DNA of 64,000 nucleotides from Olavius algarvensis Gamma 3 endosymbiont (GCA_001735895.1 DS021198.1:478340-542339); one strand, 5' to 3'; numbered from the stretch's first letter, positions 1-10,461 are shown. Numbers and translations: made by a program. The notes: generated by a model from the letters alone, not told the origin.

Positions 1-366
1 TCGATGTGCAAGGATGAGCAGCCGGGAAAGTGGGACTCTTCGGCGGCCGGTCACGTCGACAGCGGGGAAGATTACCTCGCTTGCGCCAGACGTGAAATCG
101 GCGAGGAACTGGGCATCGACGCGGTGTTGGATTTCGAGCTGCTTTTTAAATTGCCGGCTTCGGCGCTGACCGGCAACGAGCATTGCATGGTGTATCGTTA
201 TGATTTCGACGGCCCGATGGTGCTGCACCCGGAAGAAATCGACGCGGGTTCATGGATTAGCCCCGCGTCGATGGACCGGCGCGTGGCGCAGGCGGATCCC
301 GATTTGACCGAGGCGGTCAGCTTGATTTGGCAAAGGTATCGGGATCCGCGCCGCAAACAGAAGTAA
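1..366 (+). CDS. NUDIX hydrolase, C-terminal part (5' end probably outside window)
   Basis: The frame of ORF 4..366 is open to base 1. Nudix box GHVDSGEDYLACARREIGEELGI lies only ~15 aa from the window edge. Confidence 0.75.
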   Translation, partial: SMCKDEQPGKWDSSAAGHVDSGEDYLACARREIGEELGIDAVLDFELLFKLPASALTGNEHCMVYRYDFDGPMVLHPEEIDAGSWISPASMDRRVAQADPDLTEAVSLIWQRYRDPRRKQK

Positions 367-701
367 GCGCAGTTGTAACCTTTTCGGTAATGGCGGGCAT
401 ATGCCGTGAGAGTTAAAGTTGCCGAAATGTTGGATTGATTTTGGGAAACTCCGATCTATTCAGGACTTCCTTAGTTGTTACCTATTAATCAGTTGCAAAT
501 TATTGCTAATTTGACAAAGAGAGATATGAGGCAACAACCAGGGTTTTACTCTCGATGGCGCCGTTAATGCCGGAATCGATGGCGGCCATCACTTGCTCGA
601 TGCTGCCTGGTATCTTGATTTCCTTCGACCGACTCGAACCGGTGTTGTCTTGGTTTCCAGGATATAATCGCGCTGAAAGTCACTGACTCGTGGAGGATGA
701 C

Positions 702-1406
702 ATGTCAAAAATTGCCCTAATCGTTGGTGCCGGTAGCGGCAACAGCGCTGCCTTTGCACGTGCGCTCGCGGCCCAGCGTTACAAGGTCGTACTGGCGGCG
801 CGCAATATAGATAAGCTCGCCGCCCTATGCGCCGAAATCGATGCCGAGGCCATCAGCTGCGATGCAAGCTCGGTTGACTCCGTCAGGGCGCTATTCGATG
901 CGATGCGGCAAGCGGCGGGTATCGCTGAAGTTGTTTTGTATAATCCCAGCGCTTATACCGCCGGCAGCATTACCGATCTTGATCCCGAACTCGTGCTGGA
1001 CGCGTTGAAGCAAACCGCCTATGGCGCTTTCCTGGTGGCGCAGCAGGCGGCGATCGGAATGCGGCAACTGGGTGGCGGGACGCTGTTTTTCACCGGCGCC
1101 ACCGCAAGTATCAAGGGTTTCCCGAATTTCGCGCCTTTTGCGATGGGTAAGTTCGCGCTGCGCGGACTGGCACAAAGTCTGGCGCGTGAATTGGGGCCCG
1201 AAAATATCCATGTCGCGCATTTTATTATCGATGGCGGTATCGCTTCACCCGGACGCGATTTGGACGCGCCCGAGGCCGGTTCCAATCGCAATGATGACCA
1301 GCTCGAACCCGACGCGATCGCGCAGACTTATATGGCCGTGTTGAACCAGCACCGCAGCGCCTGGACGCATGAAATCGATTTACGACCCTGGGTGGAAAGC
1401 TTTTGA
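702..1406 (+). CDS. short-chain dehydrogenase/reductase (SDR family)
   Basis: Rossmann motif IALIVGAGSGNSAAFARAL and ~235 aa length. ATG 702 is preceded by GGAGGA (693-698); the ORF track starts at GTG 690. Confidence 0.85.
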   Translation: MSKIALIVGAGSGNSAAFARALAAQRYKVVLAARNIDKLAALCAEIDAEAISCDASSVDSVRALFDAMRQAAGIAEVVLYNPSAYTAGSITDLDPELVLDALKQTAYGAFLVAQQAAIGMRQLGGGTLFFTGATASIKGFPNFAPFAMGKFALRGLAQSLARELGPENIHVAHFIIDGGIASPGRDLDAPEAGSNRNDDQLEPDAIAQTYMAVLNQHRSAWTHEIDLRPWVESF

Positions 1407-2074
1407 TGCAGCCGCCAATCGATTATCTGTCCCCCGATGTGCCGCAACGCTTACCCTGGCACGAGGTGCCGCTGATTATCGCCGACGAAGTCACGGTCGC
1501 GGATTATGGATGCTTGGTAGACGATCCCGATAATTTCGATATCGAGATTGTGCCGTGGCCGGCGCAGGGTTGGCGCCCGATCGATGCGGGTACCGGCGAC
1601 GAGGGCGGGGTGGTCGAGGGTATTTTTCACAGCGAGTGGCGCGGCGAAGTGCTACATGGCAATAACGATGCGGTTAAAGGTGACTATATACTCGGCTGGT
1701 CGACCAATCCCGGCGATGCCGACCCGGCTGTCGCGCTGGAAAATCCACGGCAAGTGCTGCTATGGCATTTGAATTATCATCCGGACGGCGGGCAGCTGTT
1801 CCACCCGCTCGCGGGCCAGGCTTTCGTGGTGCCGGTCGCAACCCCGGGTGACGATCTCAGGCTCGACGATGTCGTCGCGCTCTGGTGTGACGGCAGCCGC
1901 GGGCTGTATATCCGTCCCGGAATTTGGCACGAGGGCGTGTTTCCGGCGACCCGGGCGCAATCGTTCCGCGATCGTCAGGGCCGGGTGCATGCACGGGTGA
2001 GCTGTAATGTCTGCGAGGAATTCGGCGTCTTTTTGAAGGTCCCGCTGCAACCTGGCCCGTCAGAATTCTCCTGA
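1406..2074 (+). CDS. cupin-like protein, ureidoglycolate lyase (AllA)-like
   Basis: ~222-aa ORF whose ATG overlaps the SDR stop (TGATG). The PGIWHEGVFP region resembles AllA-type cupins. The family call is from memory only. Confidence 0.45.
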   Translation: MQPPIDYLSPDVPQRLPWHEVPLIIADEVTVADYGCLVDDPDNFDIEIVPWPAQGWRPIDAGTGDEGGVVEGIFHSEWRGEVLHGNNDAVKGDYILGWSTNPGDADPAVALENPRQVLLWHLNYHPDGGQLFHPLAGQAFVVPVATPGDDLRLDDVVALWCDGSRGLYIRPGIWHEGVFPATRAQSFRDRQGRVHARVSCNVCEEFGVFLKVPLQPGPSEFS

Positions 2075-2168
2075 TTTCGTTCAGGTCCCAATAGTTATTC
2101 ACGAACTTTCGCAAGATATTGTTCATTGTATCGGTTTTTTAATGGAAAACCTCTAATGGCGCCTTCAT

Positions 2169-2209
2169 ACTATTAACCCGGCGACATGTATTGTCGCCGG
2201 GTTAATAGT
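2169..2209. terminator. perfect 18-bp stem hairpin between convergent genes
   Basis: ACTATTAACCCGGCGACA-TGTAT-TGTCGCCGGGTTAATAGT lies between the cupin gene (+) and the thioesterase gene (-). There is no clear U tract. Confidence 0.45.
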
Positions 2210-2216
2210 ATATGGG

Positions 2217-2672
2217 CTAGCGCTGAGTCAGGTTGATTTGACGACCTACCCAGTCGGGCCGGGCTTCGACTTCGGCTGCCTTCAAGTTTTGCTGTACTGC
2301 CGCCGGCAGTTCCATGCTGCGTCCGGCGCGCGTGTCGTAGTGCAGGACCATGAATTCCGCGGTGGCGCACAAATTGCCGTCGACCAGCATCCGGTGGGCA
2401 AACCAGATTTTTTTGGCATCCGAGCCGAGCATCAGAGTTTCGATGTGCAGGGTCGCCGGCATACGTACCTCCTTGAGGTAACGCAGATGGGTTTCGACCG
2501 TGTAGATCGCGCAACCGGTTGCATCGAAATAATCGGTGCCGATACCGAAGTGATCCTGCATGACCCAGGTCGTGTTGCTAAATGGGACTAGGTAATAGGC
2601 TTCATTGAGATGCCCGTAGGCATCGCCCCATTGCTGTTGCATGGGCTCGGTGTGAAAGCTGAAAACTGTCAT
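2217..2672 (-). CDS. hotdog-fold acyl-CoA thioesterase (4HBT/YbgC-like)
   Basis: ~151-aa product from ATG 2672 (MTVFSFH...), with size and core typical of 4HBT thioesterases. The longer ORF to 2798 would overlap the divergent ABC gene. Confidence 0.6.
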   Translation of the reverse strand: MTVFSFHTEPMQQQWGDAYGHLNEAYYLVPFSNTTWVMQDHFGIGTDYFDATGCAIYTVETHLRYLKEVRMPATLHIETLMLGSDAKKIWFAHRMLVDGNLCATAEFMVLHYDTRAGRSMELPAAVQQNLKAAEVEARPDWVGRQINLTQR

Positions 2673-2792
2673 AGCGTCGATCCGGCGCTGGCGAGTGCGA
2701 GAGTATAACCGATCGGTTCGTTGTGACGCGAGCTGATCGCAAATCAATAGAATGCCGTATTCAATACCCTGATCTAATAGTAGAATCGCGCG

Positions 2793-3716
2793 ATGCAACC
2801 CATAGTCAAAATCCAGTCGTTGTCAAAAGTCTACCAAGGCGGGCAGCAGGCGCTCAAAGCCATCGACCTCGACATTAACGAGGGCGAAATTCTCGCACTG
2901 CTAGGACCCAATGGCGCAGGCAAGACTACTTTGATTTCGATTATTTGCGGTATCGTCTCCGGCAGTTCCGGCTCGATCAGTGTCGCCGGTCACGATATTG
3001 TCAGCGATTACCGAGTTACCCGCGGCCTGATCGGGCTGGTGCCACAGGAACTAACCCTGGGCGCTTTCGACACGGTGTGGAATACGGTGAACTTCAGCCG
3101 TGGGCTGTTCGGCAAGAAGCCGAACCCGGCTTATCTCGAACAGTTGCTCAAGGACTTGTCGTTATGGGATAAACGTGACAGCGAGTTGCGCGCGCTTTCA
3201 GGTGGAATGAAGCGGCGGGTGCTGATTGCCAAGGCGCTGTCGCATGAGCCGCGCATATTGTTTCTCGACGAACCAACCGCGGGTGTCGACGTGGAACTGC
3301 GGCAGGATATGTGGCGGCTGGTGCGGCGCATGAACGATTCCGGTGTCACGATTATTCTGACCACGCACTATATTGAAGAAGCCGAAGAGATTGCCGATCG
3401 CGTCGGCATTATCAACGGCGGTGAATTGCTGCTGGTCGACGACAAACATCGCCTGATGCGCAAGCTGGGTAAGAAGGTATTGCAGATCGAATTGAAACAT
3501 TCGATCGACGAATTGCCGGCGGCCCTGGCGGATTACAATCTGGAGGCTACGGAGGATGGTCGGCACCTGGTTTATACCTATGATACCGATCGCGAAAGGA
3601 CCGGTATCACTGCGCTGCTGCAGACCTTGAACGAGCTTGGGCTTTCGTTGAAGGATATAAAAACCAGCCAGAGCTCGCTGGAAGAAATATTTGTAAAGCT
3701 GGTTAGTTCACGATGA
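2793..3716 (+). CDS. ABC transporter ATP-binding protein (ABC-2 type)
   Basis: Walker [10 protein letters not shown], signature LSGGMKRR, Walker [12 protein letters not shown]. Confidence 0.9.
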   Translation: MQPIVKIQSLSKVYQGGQQALKAIDLDINEGEILALLGPNGAGKTTLISIICGIVSGSSGSISVAGHDIVSDYRVTRGLIGLVPQELTLGAFDTVWNTVNFSRGLFGKKPNPAYLEQLLKDLSLWDKRDSELRALSGGMKRRVLIAKALSHEPRILFLDEPTAGVDVELRQDMWRLVRRMNDSGVTIILTTHYIEEAEEIADRVGIINGGELLLVDDKHRLMRKLGKKVLQIELKHSIDELPAALADYNLEATEDGRHLVYTYDTDRERTGITALLQTLNELGLSLKDIKTSQSSLEEIFVKLVSSR

Positions 3717-4477
3717 TCAATTATCAGGCCATCAGGGTGATTTATAAATACGAAATGCTGCGCGCCTGGTATACGCTGCTGCAGACGCTCGCCGCGCCGG
3801 TGATTTCAACTTCGTTATATTTTGTCGTCTTCGGCGCCGCCATCGGCTCGCGCATCCAGGAAGTCGAGGGGGTATCCTATGGCGTGTTCATCGTGCCGGG
3901 GCTGGTCATGCTGTCGCTATTGACGCAGAGTATCGCCAATGCCTCATTCGGAATTTTCTTTCCCAAGTTTACCGGCACTATTTACGAAGTGATGTCGGCG
4001 CCGTTATCGTTTTTCGAAATCGTCGTCGGTTATGTCGGCGCGGCGGCCTCCAAATCGCTAATCCTCGGCCTAGTGATTCTTCTTACCGCCAACCTGTTCG
4101 TGGATCTGCATATCGCACACCCGCTTATCATGCTGCTGTTTCTGGTATTGACCTGCATATCCTTTGCGCTGTTCGGCTTTATCATCGGGCTATGGGCGAC
4201 GAATTTCGAAAAACTGCAGTTGATTCCGATGCTGGTAATAACGCCGCTGGTGTTTTTGGGGGGCAGCTTTTACTCGGTTAACATGCTGCCGCCGGCCTGG
4301 CAGACAGTGACACTGTTTAATCCTGTATTGTATCTGATCAGTGGTTTTCGCTGGAGTTTCTTCGAAGTGGCGGACGTCAGCGTAGGCATCAGCCTCGCCA
4401 TGATCAGCCTGTTTCTGCTGGTCTGCCTGGCCCTGGTTTGGTGGATGTTCAAAACCGGCTATCGCCTGAAACAGTAG
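3713..4477 (+). CDS. ABC-2 family transporter permease
   Basis: Overlaps the ATPase stop by 4 nt. 254-aa multi-pass hydrophobic protein with YadH/ABC-2-like topology. Confidence 0.8.
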   Translation: MINYQAIRVIYKYEMLRAWYTLLQTLAAPVISTSLYFVVFGAAIGSRIQEVEGVSYGVFIVPGLVMLSLLTQSIANASFGIFFPKFTGTIYEVMSAPLSFFEIVVGYVGAAASKSLILGLVILLTANLFVDLHIAHPLIMLLFLVLTCISFALFGFIIGLWATNFEKLQLIPMLVITPLVFLGGSFYSVNMLPPAWQTVTLFNPVLYLISGFRWSFFEVADVSVGISLAMISLFLLVCLALVWWMFKTGYRLKQ

Positions 4478-4564
4478 GTTCCGCAGCCGGTCTCGAGCCA
4501 CCTAACCCGGCACTACTGGCCCGGAATCGATTGCACCCGACTGATTAGCCATCTTAATTGCAAT

Positions 4565-5458
4565 TCAAGATAGCTGGTTTTGCGCCAGATCGGTAAGCCA
4601 ACTCGCCACGATCCTGGTTTCGCGCCGGGCTATATTCGGCGGTGGCTGGCGCAGATAATAGTCGGTCAACAGAAAATGAGCCGCACTAAAGACTTCCACC
4701 AGTTCACCCGATTGTAAATAGCGATCGATAAACGGCCTGCGTCCGAGCATGACGCCATCGCCTCGTTGGGCCGCTTCGATAGCGATTAGCGAACTATCCA
4801 CCGATAGTCCACCGGGGACGAGGTCGTTTTCCAGCTGATGTTTCCGAAACCATCGATGCCAGTCGTCGTCATAGCCAAGCACGTGTATCAACTCCATTTG
4901 CAGTATGTCGGCCGCTTGCTGCAGCCGTTTCCCGTCTTTTAATAGCGTGGGCGCGCATACCGGGGTTATGGTTGAGGTCAGCAGTCTGGATGTGTTGGCG
5001 TCGATGTCATCGTCTCTTTGGATGAAAATTTCCAGATTCGAATGCGCCAGGGACTGGTTGCGCGCCGGTTGCTCAAGCGTCTTGATGCGCAATTCGATAT
5101 TCGGATGAAAGGTTTGGAAGGTTTTGAGTTCAGGCGCCAGCCAAAGGGTGGCGACGCTGGAGGTGCAAGCTAAATTTACGATTCTGCTCTGAAGCTGGGG
5201 AAACAACTGGTCGGTGATCGAATCGAGTCGATCGAGCGCCTCGTGCACCGTGTCGTAGTAGACCTGACCGGTATTGGTCAGGGTTAATCGTCGATTATGC
5301 CGCACAAACAGCGGTGTGTTCAGGTAAGCTTCGAGCTGGCGAATTTGTTGGCTGACCGCTGCCTGGGAGACGTTCAGATCCTGTGCCGCCTGCGAAAAGT
5401 TAAGGCGCCGACCGGCTGCCTCGAAGGTCCTCAGGATATTTAAACGGGGTCGTTTCAA
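4565..5458 (-). CDS. LysR-family transcriptional regulator (GcvA-like)
   Basis: N-terminal HTH FSQAAQDLNVSQAAVSQQIRQLE, ~297 aa. Divergent from the mttB-like gene. Confidence 0.9.
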   Translation of the reverse strand: MKRPRLNILRTFEAAGRRLNFSQAAQDLNVSQAAVSQQIRQLEAYLNTPLFVRHNRRLTLTNTGQVYYDTVHEALDRLDSITDQLFPQLQSRIVNLACTSSVATLWLAPELKTFQTFHPNIELRIKTLEQPARNQSLAHSNLEIFIQRDDDIDANTSRLLTSTITPVCAPTLLKDGKRLQQAADILQMELIHVLGYDDDWHRWFRKHQLENDLVPGGLSVDSSLIAIEAAQRGDGVMLGRRPFIDRYLQSGELVEVFSAAHFLLTDYYLRQPPPNIARRETRIVASWLTDLAQNQLS

Positions 5459-5470
5459 GCGCGATATAAA

Positions 5471-5485
5471 ATAAGTTTTACTTAT
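5471..5485. promoter_or_regulatory. candidate LysR-type T-N11-A operator
   Basis: Perfect dyad ATAAGT-TTT-ACTTAT, containing T-N11-A. It lies in the 112-bp divergent region between the LysR gene and the mttB-like gene. Confidence 0.45.
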
Positions 5486-5570
5486 GGATATTGGCAGGAA
5501 TCAGCGCTTGACGCAAGTCATGCCGCTTCCTACAGTCTACGTCATCACGCCTGATTTGGATCGGCAGCCG

Positions 5571-7095
5571 ATGAATTTCTTTTCGTACCTGAGCCGTGAC
5601 GATATTCAATATGTACACGATGCCTCGCTCGAAATCCTCGCGGAAGTCGGGCTGCTGGTGCGCAACCAGAAGGCCAGAGGGCGATTTGCCGAGCATGGCG
5701 CCAAGGTCGACCAGCAGACCGGGATCGTGCGAATACCGGCAATCGTCGTCGAAAAATATAGAAAGTTGGTGCCGCCGACGATTACTTTACGCGGTCGCGA
5801 TCCGAGTTGCGACGTCACTTTTCCGCGTAAGCTGCCGGTCATCGCTACCGCGAGTTCGGCGCCGGATATTGTCGATCCGGTAACCGGTGTTACCCGGCGC
5901 TCGCGCTCTGACGACATAGCTCGTATTGCTCACCTGGTGAATCAATTACCCGGATTCGACCTGTTCTCGATTTCTACCCTCGCCGACGATGCACCGCCGG
6001 CTCAGTTTAGTCTGTCGCGCTTTTATCCTGCGCTGAAGAACTGCGTTAAACCCTGCCGTACCTCCGTTTACGACATCCGCGAAGCGCGTCAGGTGCTCAA
6101 GCTGGGAGAGCTGATTGCCGGTTCGAAACAAGCCTTCCGGGAACGGCCATTCATCAATTTCGGTTATTGTTCGATTGTCTCCCCATTGACGATGGATTTC
6201 GACAGCACCGAAACTTTGATGTTCTTTGCCGAGAATGATATTACCGCTTACGGTACGGTCGCGCCCATGGGAGGACTCAGTACGCCAATGTCGTTGCCGG
6301 GTATGCTGACCTTGATGAATGCCGAATGGCTGGCGGCGGTGACACTGGCGCAGATGTCTAAACCCGGTACCGCTCAGATTTACAATTTCCTACCCGTGTT
6401 CGCGGATATGCGCGATGGCGCCTATGCACCGGGTGCGATCGAGATCGGCATGATGAACTCGGCAGTTTGCCAGATGGCCCGCTTCTACAATGTACCGTCG
6501 GGCGGTTACCTCGGCCTTACTAATGCCAAGCTCAGTGACGCGCAGGCAGGATATGAAAAGGGTATGTCGCCGTTGATGGGGGCTCTTTCGGGGGGTTGAT
6601 TTCATCGTAATGGGCGGCTTGCTCGATGCCTTGATGTCATTCGATTTTGCGCAGGCCACGATCGATAACGAAATTGCGCTGATGGTTAAAAGGGTACGCG
6701 ACGGATTCGGCTTCAGCCGCGAGAGTGCCGCGCTGCAGGAAATCAAGGATACCGGTCCGGCGGGGATGTTTGCCGCCAATCCCGAAACCCTGGAACGTAT
6801 GCACAGCGCTACCTTCATGCCGGAGCTGGCCGATCGGAAGTTGCGTGAGCAGTGGCAGCAGGAAGGCTCGTCGACGATCCATCAGAGGGCACTGAACAAG
6901 GCTTTCGATATTCTAGCCACGACCAATCCCGCGGCACTTGATCCTGCCGTCGATGCACGCATTCGCGCCGAATTCGATGGTCTGGTGGCTGGAGATTCGA
7001 AGTTGCCGGAGGGCTGGCGGCGATTCGATGTCGGCAGCGCTGCGCCAATGCGTGGGCGACGACCCAGCCGCCGGCGCGCCCGCAAGGCAAGCTAA
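5571..7095 (+). pseudogene. MttB-family (trimethylamine/quaternary-amine) methyltransferase, reading frame broken at a G6 run
   Basis: ORFs 5484..6599 and 6610..7095 together give ~508 aa from ATG 5571 (MNFFSYLSRDDIQYVHDASLEILAEVGL...), the usual MttB-family length. The second frame is open from 6577. A -1/+1 change in GGGGGG (6590-6595) joins ...GALSGG to VDFIVMGGLLDALMSFDFAQATIDNEI. Confidence 0.75.
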
Positions 7096-7109
7096 GCGGT
7101 ATCATCAGC

Positions 7110-9560
7110 GTGGCGACCGCTATTCCAGCGAGTGCAGCTATCGTCGTCATCGGCGGCGGAGTAATCGGCACTAGTATCGCCTATCATCTGACCAAGTTTG
7201 GCGCCAGCGACGTGGTTTTGCTGGAGAAATCGAGTTTGACCCTGGGTGCCACCTGGCATGCGGCCGGTCTGGTCGGGCAATTTCGCTCCCAGCAAAACCT
7301 GATGAGCCTGATGAACGATAGCGTCAGCCTGTTTGAGAGTCTGGCGCGGGAAACAGGGCAGGACCCCGGATGGCGCAAAGTCGGCAGCCTGCGTCTTGCC
7401 CAGTCGCAGGAACGCTGGAAAGAATTGCTCAAATCTTATTCCGCGGCGCGTGCGGTCGGTTTCGTAATGAATCTGGTATCGCCCGCGGAGGCGCGAGACC
7501 TTTATCCACTGCTCGAAACCGACGACCTGGTCGGCGCCGCTTTTATTCCCGCCGACGGTTACATCGACCCAAACAGCCTGACCCAGGCCTATGCCCGCGG
7601 AATCCGGGCGCAGGGTGGCCAGATATTTGAAGGGGTCATGGTTACCGATTTGCCGCGGGACGGTGATCGAATAGCCCGGGTGGTAACCGATCAAGGTTCG
7701 ATTGAAGTAGGTACCGTGGTGAATGCCGGGGGGCTATGGGCCCGGCAGCTTGGCTGGATGGCAGGCGTCGAGATTCCTGCCGGGGTGGTGGAGCATCAAT
7801 ACCTGGTAACGGAAAAAACGAATTTGATACCGCCGAACTTACCCGCCTTGCGCGATCCCGACGCTGGCTTTTACGCCAAGCCGGAACCGGGCGCGCTGGC
7901 GATCGGCGGTTGGGAAAAACAGACGCGCGCGGTCAACCCCCGGGACGGATTCCCATGGGAGAATGAGCGTTTCCTGTTCGACGCCGAACTCGATCGGTTG
8001 CAGGAGTTTTTTGAGCCGGCGATGCAGCGCCTGCCGCTTCTGCAGGAATTAGGCGTGCGCGACATCGTCAACGGGCCGATCCCGATTTCACCCGATGGCG
8101 AACCGATCATGGGCCCGGTTCCGGGGCTGTCCAACCTGTTTGCGGCCTGCGCTTTTACCTCCGGCATTGCCGCCTCCGGAGGCGCCGGCAAGGCGCTCGC
8201 CCATTGGATACTCGACGCTGATCCGGGCCTGGATTTATGGGCTTTCGACATCCGTCGTTTCGGTAAATTACACGCGGGTCATCAATTTCTGCACGATCGT
8301 GCGATCGAAAGCTACCGCAAGTATTACGCGATTCACTGGCCGGGCGAAGAACCGGAGTCTGCCCGCGGGGTGCGTCGCAGCCCCTTATACCAGACTCTGA
8401 GGCAACAGGGCGCGGTATTCGGTTCGAAGTTTGGCTGGGAGCGGGCCAACTGGTTCAGCCCTAGCGAAACTGGTGCGCAGGATGTGCTCGGATTCGATCG
8501 ACCGCAGCAGGCGGACACCATCGGACGAGAGCACCGAGCGGCCCGTGAGCGGGTGGTGCTCGCCGATATGTCTTCGTTCACCAAATTCGAAATCAGTGGA
8601 CCGCTGGCCTGCGGCTTTTTGCAATACCTGGCGCTTGCCGACATCGACAAAAAACCTGGGAGAGGGGCCTACACCCATCTATGTAACGAACGCGGCGGTA
8701 TCGAAGCGGATGTCACGATTATCCGGCTCGACGAGGATTGCTTCTGGTTGATCACCGGCTCCGGATTCGGGGTGCGCGACCGACACTGGATCGATACCGG
8801 GCTGAGTGATTACCTGGCCCGCCACGGCAATCGCCTGCAATACCAGATCGCGCTGCGCGATATTACGTCTGCTTATGGCGTAATCAACCTGGCCGGGCCG
8901 CTAGCCCGTCAGGTGTTGGCAAAGGTCTGCGATGAGGACCTGAGTCATGAAGCCTTTGCTTTCATGACGGCAAGGGACTTGAGAATCGGCTACGCACCTG
9001 CGCTGGCGTTTCGTGTGACTTATATCGGTGAACTCGGCTGGGAACTTTATATTCCATCGGAATATCTGCAGTACGTTTACGAATTACTGCAGCAGGCGGG
9101 TAAAGAATATGAAATCTCGAATATCGGGTACCGTGCCATCGATAGTCTGCGCCTGGAAAAAAGATATCTCGCCTGGGGAGTCGATATTTCACCCGCATAC
9201 AATCCGTTCGAGGCGGGTACGCAATTCCTGATTGACTGGAACAAGGGAGAATTTACCGGTGCCGAGGCGCTAGCAAGAATCCGGCAGCAAGGAGTTCGGC
9301 GAAAACTGGTTTGTCTCGCGCTGGATAAGGCGCTGACGGTGTTTGGCGGCGAAGCGATAATTGCGGGTGGCGAGGTGCTTGCCCAGTCGACCAGCGGTAA
9401 CTTCGGATACTCGGTTGGCCGCAGCCTCGTTTTTACCTACCTGCCGCTGGATTCGTTAGACCGGAGTGACCTGGAGGTCGAAGCTTTCGGCGAACGCAGT
9501 TCGGCATCGGTGATCGACGGTGCGATATACGATCCGCAACGAAAGAAAATTCTTTGTTAG
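7110..9560 (+). CDS. dimethylglycine/sarcosine dehydrogenase-like FAD oxidoreductase with C-terminal GcvT (folate-binding aminomethyltransferase) domain
   Basis: 816 aa, FAD fold VVIGGGVIGTSIAYHL, C-terminal GcvT-like region. The start is 14 nt after the mttB-like stop. Confidence 0.85.
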   Translation: MATAIPASAAIVVIGGGVIGTSIAYHLTKFGASDVVLLEKSSLTLGATWHAAGLVGQFRSQQNLMSLMNDSVSLFESLARETGQDPGWRKVGSLRLAQSQERWKELLKSYSAARAVGFVMNLVSPAEARDLYPLLETDDLVGAAFIPADGYIDPNSLTQAYARGIRAQGGQIFEGVMVTDLPRDGDRIARVVTDQGSIEVGTVVNAGGLWARQLGWMAGVEIPAGVVEHQYLVTEKTNLIPPNLPALRDPDAGFYAKPEPGALAIGGWEKQTRAVNPRDGFPWENERFLFDAELDRLQEFFEPAMQRLPLLQELGVRDIVNGPIPISPDGEPIMGPVPGLSNLFAACAFTSGIAASGGAGKALAHWILDADPGLDLWAFDIRRFGKLHAGHQFLHDRAIESYRKYYAIHWPGEEPESARGVRRSPLYQTLRQQGAVFGSKFGWERANWFSPSETGAQDVLGFDRPQQADTIGREHRAARERVVLADMSSFTKFEISGPLACGFLQYLALADIDKKPGRGAYTHLCNERGGIEADVTIIRLDEDCFWLITGSGFGVRDRHWIDTGLSDYLARHGNRLQYQIALRDITSAYGVINLAGPLARQVLAKVCDEDLSHEAFAFMTARDLRIGYAPALAFRVTYIGELGWELYIPSEYLQYVYELLQQAGKEYEISNIGYRAIDSLRLEKRYLAWGVDISPAYNPFEAGTQFLIDWNKGEFTGAEALARIRQQGVRRKLVCLALDKALTVFGGEAIIAGGEVLAQSTSGNFGYSVGRSLVFTYLPLDSLDRSDLEVEAFGERSSASVIDGAIYDPQRKKILC

Positions 9561-9608
9561 TTGCGATCCTGGTGTGCGGGCGAATGAAAAATGGCTGTGG
9601 GAAAATAA

Positions 9609-9640
9609 AACCGGCGTGGATGCTAAGCTCCACACCGGTT
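9609..9640. terminator. bidirectional intrinsic-terminator-like hairpin
   Basis: AACCGGCGTGGA-TGCTAAGC-TCCACACCGGTT pairs at 11 of 12 positions. It is followed by AGATTTTGTT on the + strand and preceded by an A-rich run (a T run on the - strand). It lies between convergent genes. Confidence 0.5.
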
Positions 9641-9648
9641 AGATTTTG

Positions 9649-9894
9649 TTACTTCTGCCAGAAATATTTTGCCACTTCCGATCTGACTTCGTGATTCGAC
9701 AGGCCGATATCGTTCAGCATGCGGTCGTCCATCATCGCCAGCAGGCGACGATCGTTCGAACGTCGGATCCAGGTCCGTAAGATATCGCGCGTACCAGTGA
9801 CGAATGCCTCGACGTGTTCGATCGCTTTATAGGTCAGTGCGGCGATGTCCATATCTTCGATTAGGTGAAAATGTTTCGCTTTTATAGTGCTCAT
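9649..9894 (-). CDS. DUF1127 domain small protein
   Basis: 81 aa. The C-terminal RRLLAMMDDRMLNDIGLSNHEV matches the DUF1127 pattern. Confidence 0.7.
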   Translation of the reverse strand: MSTIKAKHFHLIEDMDIAALTYKAIEHVEAFVTGTRDILRTWIRRSNDRRLLAMMDDRMLNDIGLSNHEVRSEVAKYFWQK

Positions 9895-10052
9895 AGCGTT
9901 GCTCCTGTAAAAATGCTGTCCGCTTAAGAGTCGGGCAGCCGTGTTAATTGATGCTGTGAATTATAGGTAGCAATACCAATAGTAACAGATTCAGTTTTAT
10001 TGATATTCGTGCATAACAGTTTACCGTAACAGATTTGTGTAAAAAATCGGAT

Positions 10053-10068
10053 TGTGAAGTACTTCACA
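10053..10068. promoter_or_regulatory. CRP/Vfr-type binding site (perfect TGTGA-N6-TCACA palindrome)
   Basis: TGTGAAGTACTTCACA lies ~160 bp upstream of the DUF1127 start in an AT-rich gap. A second, weaker site TGTGCAGTGCGTCACG is at 10076-10091. Confidence 0.5.
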
Positions 10069-10461
10069 GGCAAATTGTGCAGTGCGTCACGCCACCTTTC
10101 CGGCGGTTTGAATCTGCCTTTTATTTATTTAATTAACTATTTGAATATAAAAGAAAAAGATTGGATATTTCGAAGCCCGGAAAGGATTGAATTTGAGCTG
10201 AAGCAAAGCCCCGGTTTGGGCCATTTTACCTAAAATCGGATCGGCTTCAAAACTGTACTGGTTCAGTAGATTTGGCCGTTAATTCGCGACCTTCGAATCG
10301 GTAATCTCGCATGCTTGGAGCTGGAGGAGAAATTCGATTCATCTCGATATCTTCCATTGCAAAGCTTCGGGGTCGCCGCTTTGATGGATGCGAATAAGCC
10401 TGGTCATGCGGCCTGGCCATTTTATGCGAGTAAACTATCACGCCCCAATTAGTCCGACGGA

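Noticed and set aside
520-660. Minus-strand stretch translating to ...EIKIPGSIEQVMAAIDSGINGAIESKTLVVASYLSL that looks protein-like.
   Set aside because: It is too short, has no start or family motif that I can recognise and is absent from the ORF track. It may be a gene remnant, but I cannot support that.
6574-6612. The interruption of the MttB-family gene might be an in-frame pyrrolysine (UAG) codon, as in archaeal MttB.
   Set aside because: The first ORF ends with TGA, not TAG, and the downstream part is in a different reading frame. This is a frameshift at a G6 run, not a recoded stop.
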